DNA of 64,000 nucleotides from an uncultured Veillonella sp. (GTDB lineage Bacteria; Bacillota; Negativicutes; Veillonellales; Veillonellaceae), in assembly GCA_900544365.1 (NCBI GenBank), contig UQVF01000002.1, positions 612 through 64,611 on the forward strand, in the 5' to 3' direction. Made by a program: the position numbers and the translations under genes. Shown here piece after piece: positions 23,200 through 31,044 of this stretch. Within the stretch, counting starts at the first letter, position 1, and every line of letters starts with the position of its first letter. Under the pieces are notes generated by a model. The model did not search any database, was not told where the DNA came from, and saw only the letters and a list, made by a program, of their open reading frames with translations.

Positions 23200-24206
23200 T
23201 TATAGGGTATGCGCTAGTTTAATATATTCCCGGATGCGTTCACAAGAGTTGTGAAAGGCTTCTTGTTCGCTTGGTGTTAGGTGTAATGTTAGGATTTCCT
23301 CGATGCCGTTTTTGCCGATGATGGCAGGGACGGATGCAAAGACGTTGTGTTCGCCGTATTCGCCTTCTAATTTGCAGGATAGAGGTAATACTTTTTGTTC
23401 ATCGTGGAAGTAGGCACGGATAATCTCCGTAACGGATGCAGCGATGCCAAATTCTGTAGATCCTTTTCCGATGAGGACTAGGTAACCACCGTATTTCATT
23501 TGTTCGACTACAGCATTTTCATCAAAGGTTGGGAAACGGTGAGGGAGCTCTTGTTGAAGTTCTTTTAAAGGTTTGCCAAATACTGTAACGTGAGACCAAG
23601 GGACCATAGCGCTTCCACCATGTTCACCCATAGCGTAGCAAGATAAGGAACGGCGATGTACATGGATTTGTTCCGCCACTAATCGTTGTAAACGAGCAGA
23701 GTCTAATGATGTGCCAGAAGAGATTATTTTATGTTTTGGGTAGTCTAAGTATTCCTGTACATAGGCTGCCACTACATCGGCAGGGGGGGGAAAGCTGGAG
23801 AGAAAAACCGGTGGATATCTGCCACTACATCGGCAGGGTTGGAAATGCTGACGATAAAACCGTTGAAGCCAGAGGATTTCACACGAGGTAAAAATTCACG
23901 TAATACTTCTATGGTGGAGCCTAGTGTATCTAGTCGATCTTGTTCTGGGGAAGGCAGAGGGCCAGCAGAAATAACGAGAATATCGCAGTCACTGATATCT
24001 TCAGGTTCACAAGCGAAGGCTTCCACACGATGGGGTAAGTAACTTACGGCATCATTAATATCGGTAGCTTGGGCAATAGCTTTATCTTTGTCGATATCCA
24101 CCATGTATAACTGGTCAACCTCTCCTTGAGTAGCAAGGGAAAATGCCACGTGGGATCCTACATGACCGGTGCCGATAATGGCAACTTTTCGTAGTTTTAT
24201 AGACAT
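23200..24206 (-). pseudogene. ldh: L-lactate dehydrogenase interrupted by a 53-bp insertion (real or assembly error)
   Basis: Two ORF pieces: GTGHVG and SNPADV in the first, SGTSLDSARL and MGEHG in the second; 20-bp direct repeat at 23766-23785 and 23819-23838. Confidence 0.8.
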
Positions 24207-24300
24207 AGAAATCCTCCTATTTTGAAAATTGAAAGTATATTATTAAATCGTAATATGTATTAGGATAAAACTTTTAAGGTCTTACGTCAACACGTCACTT

Positions 24301-24351
24301 GTTTTGCTATGCAGTCTCTGGCGTTTGTAACTAAATATGATAAAGGGAAGA
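24301..24351 (+). repeat. Second, arm-only copy of the 23018 element at the prophage left edge
   Basis: 41/51 identity to 23018-23068 by manual alignment. Confidence 0.7.
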
Positions 24352-24404
24352 CCGTAACACACCCTTTCTCAAACTATACAGTGGTAATAATTACATAAAT
24401 TCAG

Positions 24405-24438
24405 AAACCCCGTAACCATGCGTGTTTACGGGGTTTTC
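24405..24438. terminator. Hairpin/terminator downstream of integrase
   Basis: AAACCCCGTAA/TTACGGGGTTT stem. Confidence 0.7.
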
Positions 24439-24460
24439 TCATTTTTGATTTACTCTAATT

Positions 24461-25561
24461 TTAGGCATTTTCTAGACGGTTGCTCAACTGTTGCTCAACC
24501 TTTTGAAGATCATCACCGAACGGAAGTTTATTCACGGCATCGATATATTGTGTGATAGTTTTATGAGTATATACTCCTTGTGTGATATTGTTCTGTGTAG
24601 AATGTCCTACTATGTTTTTGATTAAAATTTCTGGAACATCATAGTCGCTGCACAATGTAATGAATGTATGGCGAGTATCATGGGGCTTGCGTCTATCCAT
24701 CCCCAATCGCTCACATAGTTCAGTCAACCTTCTTCTATATCCATCCTGCCCAATAATACCATCCATTAAGCATATTGACCGCTTAAATTTGGCTGTAGCG
24801 TATAACTCCTGGATGAATGGGGCGATGCACTCGGCAATAGGAATGATGCGGTCACGTCCTGCATCGGTCTTTGAACCTCCTACCATATATCGCTCTTTTA
24901 GGTGAATGTCATTGACTTTCATGGATAAAAGTTCACTTAACCGAACTCCAGTATAAACGTAAATTAGTACAATTTTAACAATCTGTTCATCCTGGTGTAA
25001 CCAAAGTTTGTATATATCTTCTTCACGGAACGGGGTTGCCTTCTTAACAGATGTAGCATTCTTGCTGATAATAATGTCTTTCATATAATTTTTAACAAGC
25101 ACTTCATTTTTAATAGCTATATTACACGCTTTTATCAATGTTGATTTTATAACATCTTGATACGATTTGCTGTACGTAAATTTATCAAAAAGGGGTTGTA
25201 CATGAGCGGTTCTTAGTGCGGTTATATCCATTGCTAGAATGGGTTTCATCATCTTTTTAACAGCATTAATTACCTCTATTCGACCTGCTGAAAGGCCCTC
25301 GCGTTCAGCTTCTTCAAAATACCATTGAAAGCACTGCTCAACAGTGATCACTCGTTTTTTCTCCAATGCGGTAGGGTCGATGGAGAATAGGGCCAATGCC
25401 TCGTAGGCTTCCTTTTGACTTGCGTAAGTACCTAGAGTTTTACGAATTGGCTTGCCATCGTCAGTCCATCCAGTCGTGATGACTGCACGAAATGGCTTGC
25501 GTAATTTCTTATGCTTCATTTTATAAACGGAGCCAGATCCATTAGAACGTTTTAATGCCAT
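24461..25561 (-). CDS. int: Prophage tyrosine integrase
   Basis: RSNGSGSVYK arm-binding N-terminus; YTGVR, KT, HDTRH, VGH, VY catalytic residues. Confidence 0.95.
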   Translation of the reverse strand: MALKRSNGSGSVYKMKHKKLRKPFRAVITTGWTDDGKPIRKTLGTYASQKEAYEALALFSIDPTALEKKRVITVEQCFQWYFEEAEREGLSAGRIEVINAVKKMMKPILAMDITALRTAHVQPLFDKFTYSKSYQDVIKSTLIKACNIAIKNEVLVKNYMKDIIISKNATSVKKATPFREEDIYKLWLHQDEQIVKIVLIYVYTGVRLSELLSMKVNDIHLKERYMVGGSKTDAGRDRIIPIAECIAPFIQELYATAKFKRSICLMDGIIGQDGYRRRLTELCERLGMDRRKPHDTRHTFITLCSDYDVPEILIKNIVGHSTQNNITQGVYTHKTITQYIDAVNKLPFGDDLQKVEQQLSNRLENA

Positions 25562-25662
25562 AAAAATAACCACCTTTCATGTGTAGCAAATACACCTAAA
25601 AAGTGGTACAATATATGTGTTGAATATTTGTAGATGTACCACCCTTAGGTATGTTCAGAATT

Positions 25663-25697
25663 TACCTCTCCAGTTGGCGCTGGGGAGGTATTTTTTT
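25663..25697 (+). terminator. Intrinsic terminator facing antisense to the int leader
   Basis: TACCTCTCCAG/CTGGGGAGGTA followed by T7. Confidence 0.7.
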
Positions 25698-25781
25698 ATG
25701 TAATTTTAAAACCTGATTTGATTCCATTTTGTTGAGGTCAACAAAATCGAGCGCTTTAGCTATTTCTATTTTGGAAAGAAC

Positions 25782-26054
25782 TCAATCAATGAACTGATAG
25801 AAGAAGTTGATTTCATCTTCATTGAACCCTGTTTCGTTGCCATGCAAGAGGGATTCTATAACCCCGGCATGCATGTCTTGAGTAAAATGCCCCTCCATGA
25901 TGTGAGATACCTCGTGGGCGATGCTTTCTTTGAGTACATCCATAGGCTTGTTACTGTTCACTAGGATGGTGTAACAGCCTTCATCCTCACTCGTGCACAG
26001 TGTAGCGTTTATTTTTCTTGGTAATTGATTCGTATACAGTATAGTGATATTAAT
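25782..26054 (-). CDS. Small ImmA/IrrE-like HExxH metallopeptidase (absent from ORF track; probable ATT start)
   Basis: Manual translation INITILYTNQLPRKINATLCTSEDEGCYTILVNSNKPMDVLKESIAHEVSHIMEGHF...; directly after the repressor gene with a GAGGGGG SD. Confidence 0.7.
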   Translation of the reverse strand: MNITILYTNQLPRKINATLCTSEDEGCYTILVNSNKPMDVLKESIAHEVSHIMEGHFTQDMHAGVIESLLHGNETGFNEDEINFFYQFID

Positions 26055-26056
26055 CT

Positions 26057-26419
26057 CTATTTACCCCCTCGTAAACGATTTACTAAATCAACCACATAAT
26101 CTAAATCTTCATCGCTTAAATCCTTAGCAGCATCTAACAATATGCCCTCTTGAACTCTTGCATATTCTGCTTTGGCGTTTACAGCTGGGTCGATGTAATA
26201 TTCTTGCTGTTCATCTTCCCAACCCATAAGGTATGAAGGTGTAACATGCAACGCTTCAGCAAATTTTGCGATTTTATTTCTTGATATATCTACTTGACCA
26301 GACTCAATTTTGTTAATTGTTGATCTAGACTTATAGCCCATGCGTTTTGCCAGTTCATCTTGTGAGTATCCTAATTCTATTCTTCTGTTTTTAATTTTTT
26401 CATATATGGTTAATTCCAT
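26057..26419 (-). CDS. CI-like XRE repressor
   Basis: IKNRRIELGYSQDELAKRMG...STINKIESG...ALHVTPSYLMGW; divergent from cro-like gene. Confidence 0.9.
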   Translation of the reverse strand: MELTIYEKIKNRRIELGYSQDELAKRMGYKSRSTINKIESGQVDISRNKIAKFAEALHVTPSYLMGWEDEQQEYYIDPAVNAKAEYARVQEGILLDAAKDLSDEDLDYVVDLVNRLRGGK

Positions 26420-26498
26420 AATAATTGTCCTCCTATGTAATTATTCTAGCACTTAAGAGAAAAAAATTCAACAAAAATTGATGAAAATGAAAAAAATA

Positions 26499-26551
26499 GT
26501 TGACTTAAAATCTACAAAGGTATATACTGTGATTGTAGAAAATAATTCAAC
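26499..26551 (+). promoter_or_regulatory. Lytic promoter with two overlapping 17-bp operators
   Basis: TTGACT(26500)-17bp-TATACT(26523); GTTGA-N7-TCTAC at 26499-26515 and GTAGA-N7-TCAAC at 26535-26551. Confidence 0.75.
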
Positions 26552-26570
26552 AGAAAAGGAGGTAAAAGAT

Positions 26571-26777
26571 TTGTATAATGGAGAACTTTTGAAGGCTATT
26601 ATTGAAAAATCAGGAGTAAAGTTAAAATTTATTGCTCTACGGCTTGGAATCTCGCCATATGGTTTAAAGTTGAAGCTAGATGGAGTTAATGAATTTAAAA
26701 ATAGTGAAATGATAGCTCTTTCAGAACTATTAAAACTATCATGTAATGATAGGGAAAAAATTTTTTTTGGCCTATAA
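26571..26777 (+). CDS. Cro-like HTH protein
   Basis: TTG start after AAGGAGGT; ELLKAIIEKSG...IALRLGIS...EFKNSEM...IFF. Confidence 0.8.
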   Translation: MYNGELLKAIIEKSGVKLKFIALRLGISPYGLKLKLDGVNEFKNSEMIALSELLKLSCNDREKIFFGL

Positions 26778-26821
26778 GTAGAAAAATATTCTACAAACAA
26801 CCACGGAAGTGAGGTGATGGG

Positions 26822-26962
26822 ATGTATTTAAATGACAAAGACTTTAGGCGGTCGCTGATACAAGATATTACAGATAAGATAGACAATATCTTATTAGGTG
26901 TATCATTTGGAGCAAGTATCATTGCTTTATTTATTGCCCTAGTAACCATATCCTGGCGTTAG
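26822..26962 (+). CDS. 46-aa putative membrane peptide
   Basis: GAGGTG SD; MYLNDKDFRRSLIQDITDKIDNILLGVSFGASIIALFIALVTISWR. Confidence 0.45.
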   Translation: MYLNDKDFRRSLIQDITDKIDNILLGVSFGASIIALFIALVTISWR

Positions 26963-27335
26963 GGTAAAGTGAAAAGAATAAGGCTACCATGGAAATAAGG
27001 ATAGGAACAGTCCTAAAAAATCTATCTTCAATACGAATTTTACGACGCTCAGTGTAATCAAAGTCATAATCTTCAATGGCTTTTAACCCTGAATCAGTAA
27101 TAAATAAAAATTTGCTGACAGAAATGGACGTGATACCAGTTGATTCATCTAATATGAATTTGCTTTTGTAGTCCACGAATAAAGCAGTATTAAGTAATTG
27201 CACTCGGTACGGAATTGTTTTGAAAGTTTTAAACTCTTGTAAAACTTCATCAATAGTTATATCACGTTCCTGATAGAAGGCTAAGTATTTAAGAAGATTA
27301 ATATCAATAGGTGTAAGTTCTTTATAAGATTGCAT
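26931..27335 (-). CDS. Hypothetical protein with C-terminal TM helix, oriented against the lytic operon
   Basis: ATG 27335 after AGGAGGTG; own extended -10 TGTTATAAT near 27358-27366. Confidence 0.7.
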   Translation of the reverse strand: MQSYKELTPIDINLLKYLAFYQERDITIDEVLQEFKTFKTIPYRVQLLNTALFVDYKSKFILDESTGITSISVSKFLFITDSGLKAIEDYDFDYTERRKIRIEDRFFRTVPILISMVALFFSLYPNARIWLLGQ

Positions 27336-27409
27336 ATAATCACCTCCTTTCAAGGTGATTATAACACAAATAGTGGGGAGGTGATGAGGTGTGGATTTAG
27401 TTTTTAAAG

Positions 27410-27545
27410 TCAAAATACAACGTTATTCATGGTACCTGAGTTTCAGTCCCCGCAATGGGGAGATAATTCTAAATAATATCAACAAGCGCATTCATTGTGA
27501 CAACTTATATGTTTCAGTCCCCTAGATGGGGCTATAAAGGTGGTA
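27410..27545 (-). CRISPR. Prophage-encoded CRISPR mini-array (2 repeats, 2 spacers, no cas genes)
   Basis: Minus-strand repeats ATTTAGAATTATCTCCCCATTGCGGGGACTGAAAC (27440-27474) and ...CCCCATCTAGGGGACTGAAAC (27511-27531 core); spacers match 48388-48418 and 46679-46708. Confidence 0.85.
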
Positions 27546-27564
27546 GTAAAACCTATTTAATTTG

Positions 27565-27594
27565 ATTATAGGCTTGCATATGCTTATAAGTCAA
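27565..27594 (-). promoter_or_regulatory. Sigma-A promoter firing into the mini-array
   Basis: Minus strand TTGACT-18bp-TATAAT. Confidence 0.75.
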
Positions 27595-27626
27595 TGAATA
27601 CTTTCAGCAAAAAGGAAGGTATAAGA

Positions 27627-27809
27627 ATGAATTTATATGAAAACATTAAGAAAAAGTGCAAGGAGCGAGGCATCAGCATTGCCAAGCTAGAGCGAGCCAC
27701 TAAACTTTCCGTAGGCAGTATATCTCATTGGAGAGTATCAGAGCCTAAAGTAGGAAATGCAAAGGCTGTGGCGGATTACCTTCATTGCACTATTGATGAA
27801 TTGCTGTAA
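27627..27809 (+). CDS. XRE-family HTH protein
   Basis: IKKKCKERGISIAKLER...SISHW...AVADYLHCTIDELL. Confidence 0.85.
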   Translation: MNLYENIKKKCKERGISIAKLERATKLSVGSISHWRVSEPKVGNAKAVADYLHCTIDELL

Positions 27810-27823
27810 GGAGGTGAAGAAGG

Positions 27824-28207
27824 ATGACAAAAGAAGAATTTGGGGCACACTTACAAAGCCTGTTAGAATCGCGAGGATTATCTCAGAAAAGACTTTCAAT
27901 GTTGACTGGAATTAGGGAGTCAACTATATCTGATTGGATTAATGGGAAGTATTACCCAAAGCAAGATAAACGGTTGCTTATTGCAAAGGCTTTAAATATT
28001 CCGCCTGATCGTTTATTTGCGCTCGATGAGGATAAACCACCAACAGAAGGTGACTATTGGAAGAAAGACAAATATAAAGAACTGATAGAACTATCTACAT
28101 CTATCGTGGATAGAATGGATGACGATGGGATAGCACTTTCAAAAGGCGATGTGAATACGTTGCTAGAGTTGTTAAGGCTAGAAATTATGTATCGGTACAG
28201 AATGTAA
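27824..28207 (+). CDS. XRE-family HTH protein
   Basis: LLESRGLSQKRLSMLTGIRESTISDWINGKYYP. Confidence 0.85.
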   Translation: MTKEEFGAHLQSLLESRGLSQKRLSMLTGIRESTISDWINGKYYPKQDKRLLIAKALNIPPDRLFALDEDKPPTEGDYWKKDKYKELIELSTSIVDRMDDDGIALSKGDVNTLLELLRLEIMYRYRM

Positions 28208-28292
28208 GGAGGTGATGACGTGGAGGATTTCTTAGCAGGATTTTTTGCAGGCGTTGGCATTACATTATTAGCGGTAGTGATAACTATCAAAT

Positions 28293-29714
28293 TTGGATGA
28301 GGAGAAAACCATGTTACCAGGATTAGCACCACAACAAAGACAATATTTATATGAACTACATAATAAGTCAGCGAAGGAAGCAGAGAAGAACTTAGACTTA
28401 TGGCTAGAAGGCTACGATGATGAGAACGAGGCTTATTACGTATACAATCAAGAGCTTGAAAGAGCCAAGGTATATGCTGAACTAGGCGGATTCCCGCCAA
28501 ATAAATTTATAAAGGAGGAATCGGGGTGCTGATAAAACTAACAGGTGAGCAAAATCAAGAGTTGCAGGCTAGATATAAGGAAGCCGTGGACAATGCGCTT
28601 AAATATAAGCAGTTGGCAAATATGAATCCTGATCTGCGCTCATATTATTGCGATATGTTCTGGGATAATTGGGGCCAAGCAACTGCGTATTATTTATTGG
28701 GACAGTTTGAGTTAGACCCAAGGCTTAAGGAGCAAATTTATGGATAGCAATGAATTTTACAAATCACTCACAGAAGAGCAAAGAGAATACTTAGAAGAAA
28801 GGCTCGATGTGCTGGTGGAGGTAGCCCATGATTATTTTGATGAGTGGGTAGAATATAATGAAGTACGCGACTTAATCGATTTTATTAGGTTAGTAAAGGA
28901 TGCCAAGCGGATTAGTATCATCACAGGTGTTATAAGCGATTCTTTTATTGACTTATTAAAATCAGATAGAGGTCGGTTTATTAAGAACAGAGACAGCTTT
29001 ATTTCTTTGATGGAGGAACGTATTAATGGATAGAGGAGAATTTGCTGCAAGCATTAGTAAAGAGCAAGAAGAATTTATCTTTCATAGGAGAGATGGATTC
29101 TTAAAATTAGCGAAAACTTGTATTAATGAGTACAAGGATAATCCGAGTGATGAACTTATTCGGCGAATGGAAGATAACCTATTATCTGCTAATACACTTC
29201 ACTTCTTGTTAAATCAACGCCCAATATGGGAGTATAACAAAACGTATGAAGAGTATCACAATATTCTTGATAATCATCAAAAAAACATGGCACTATTGCA
29301 CCGTAACAAGAAGTTAGAGAAAACTCTAATGATTAAAGTGTTAGCTAAAGCAGGGGAATTATTGGAGATAACTTATGCGGCATTAACATTTGGATTTGGT
29401 GCAGGGGTAGGATTATTCGTATTAAATCAATTATGTAAAATGCTGGGGGTCTAATGCCAAGAAGAAATAAGAATGCAAGAACACGTAAGCAAAAGCCATA
29501 CCACATTATGGCCAAACACAAGAAAAAGCTAGAGGTTGAAAGGAAAGTCGAGCAACAGCTCGCTTACATCCAACAGCAAGAAGAGCACAAGCGCAAGCAA
29601 CTTCAAGAAGATGAAGAGAGCAAGCACAATAAACGCCTAGAAAATATAGGAGCAACAATCACACTAGTGTTTGTAGTAATCTTAATCGCATGGTTTATTT
29701 CAATTATTATTTAG
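28293..29714 (+). other. Run of five small early-region hypothetical genes (28293-28532, 28526-28747, 28740-29033, 29026-29454, 29454-29714)
   Basis: Overlapping co-oriented ORFs, several with SD motifs; no family recognised. Confidence 0.6.
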
Positions 29715-29852
29715 GAGGTAATTATGGCTAAAGTACTAGCAAAATTAATCGGAGGTTTACTTACAATATTTTTAGTGTGGTTGGCAGTGGTGGCATTCAT
29801 TGTTTACGTATTGGCACAAGTTGTTAAATTTGTATTCTTTTAAGGAGGCAAT

Positions 29853-30074
29853 ATGAAAGTAACACCTACACATATTGCCGACATCATGGGGGTATCACCT
29901 CAATTCATTAGGTGCGGATTACGTGCCAACAAATGGGATTGGGGCGATGCGGTTCAGATGCATGGAAAAGTGTACACATACTACGTGTACTGGCACAAAT
30001 TCAAAGAATGGTGGGGACAAAGTGATGCAAAAACAAAAAAAATCGAGCAAATGCTCGAAACGGAAGAATTTTAA
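29853..30074 (+). CDS. Small winged-helix protein, possibly excisionase
   Basis: IADIMGVSPQFIRCGLR...TYYVY pattern; AAGGAGG SD. Confidence 0.55.
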   Translation: MKVTPTHIADIMGVSPQFIRCGLRANKWDWGDAVQMHGKVYTYYVYWHKFKEWWGQSDAKTKKIEQMLETEEF

Positions 30075-30345
30075 AATCTATTGGGATAGGGTGGCTATGG
30101 TCGCTATGGTGCCTATCATGGCAGTAGCATTATATAATGCGACATTCCCTAGCAATGTGGTTGAGTATGAAGACCGTGAGGTAATCGTTCAAAATGGCGA
30201 CACCTTATGGACCATCGCAAAAGATGCGGTGGGAGAATCGGAAGATGTGCGCCAAACGATCAGGGAGATTATGACTACCAACAAATTACAGGATGGAACA
30301 ATTCACCCTGGTATGACTCTCAAGGTTAGAGTGATAAAGGAGTGA
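30025..30345 (+). CDS. YneA-like membrane-anchored LysM protein
   Basis: Basic N-terminus, TM segment, VQNGDTLWTIA...IMTTNKL...IHPGMTLKV. Confidence 0.75.
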   Translation: MQKQKKSSKCSKRKNFKIYWDRVAMVAMVPIMAVALYNATFPSNVVEYEDREVIVQNGDTLWTIAKDAVGESEDVRQTIREIMTTNKLQDGTIHPGMTLKVRVIKE

Positions 30346-30349
30346 TGTT

Positions 30350-30616
30350 GTGGATTTAAAAGCATATTGTAAAAGCAGAGGAATCAAGCAAAGTAGGATT
30401 ACTAGACTGGTGGGAATCCCAAAAGATAGGCTTTGTCGGTTGGTTAATGGAAAGCCCGTAAACCTAACAATTCTAGAACTGATAAAGTTTTGTAAATTCT
30501 TAGGATTAAAACCATCAGAGGTAACTAATGGGTATTCCATATTAATGGATAGCCAAAAGTACTACTTAAAAGAAAAAGCCCCTCAAGGATGCGCTAACAT
30601 CGAGGGACTTAATTAA
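30350..30616 (+). CDS. HTH DNA-binding protein
   Basis: LKAYCKSRGIKQSRITRLVGI...RLVNG...FCKFLGLKPSEV. Confidence 0.7.
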   Translation: MDLKAYCKSRGIKQSRITRLVGIPKDRLCRLVNGKPVNLTILELIKFCKFLGLKPSEVTNGYSILMDSQKYYLKEKAPQGCANIEGLN

Positions 30617-31044
30617 AACAATGTAACTACAGTATATCACAGTGAGGAGGACGTATGGAAGATAATAGCAAAAAAATACATCAAATAATTGATCTATTAC
30701 AAGGCGTTCCAAGATGTCAATGGGATGCATTAGTAATAGAAATAAATAGAGAATATGAAAGAAACGCCAGCAAGGTGACGCTTACTGACGTTTCTGGGTT
30801 AAAAAAACTATTCACTAACAATGGATATAGAAAGGAAAAGCGATGAATTGTGGAAAAACATATCGGATGACTGGGTACGCAATGGTACCTATTGATATCA
30901 CCATTCCACTTGATGAGGGTCAAGACCCCGACGACGTGGCGGATAACTTTACTGAAAGCGATTATGCGGAGTTTATCTTAGGGAGTAACATCCCTTACAT
31001 TATTAAGGCGGAAATTGACGCCATTGAGGAGGTTTAAATAAAAC

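Noticed and set aside
24350..24460. tRNA/tmRNA integration target and exact att core
   Set aside because: No cloverleaf visible, and attR is outside the window so the core cannot be defined
25726..25747. Palindrome ATTTTGTTGA-GG-TCAACAAAAT as a repressor operator
   Set aside because: Half-sites resemble the operator but spacing is 2 rather than 7 bp; left unassigned
27365..27409. Possible third CRISPR repeat (TAGTGGGGAG)
   Set aside because: Lacks GTTTCAGTCCCC and the hairpin, and is out of register with the repeat period
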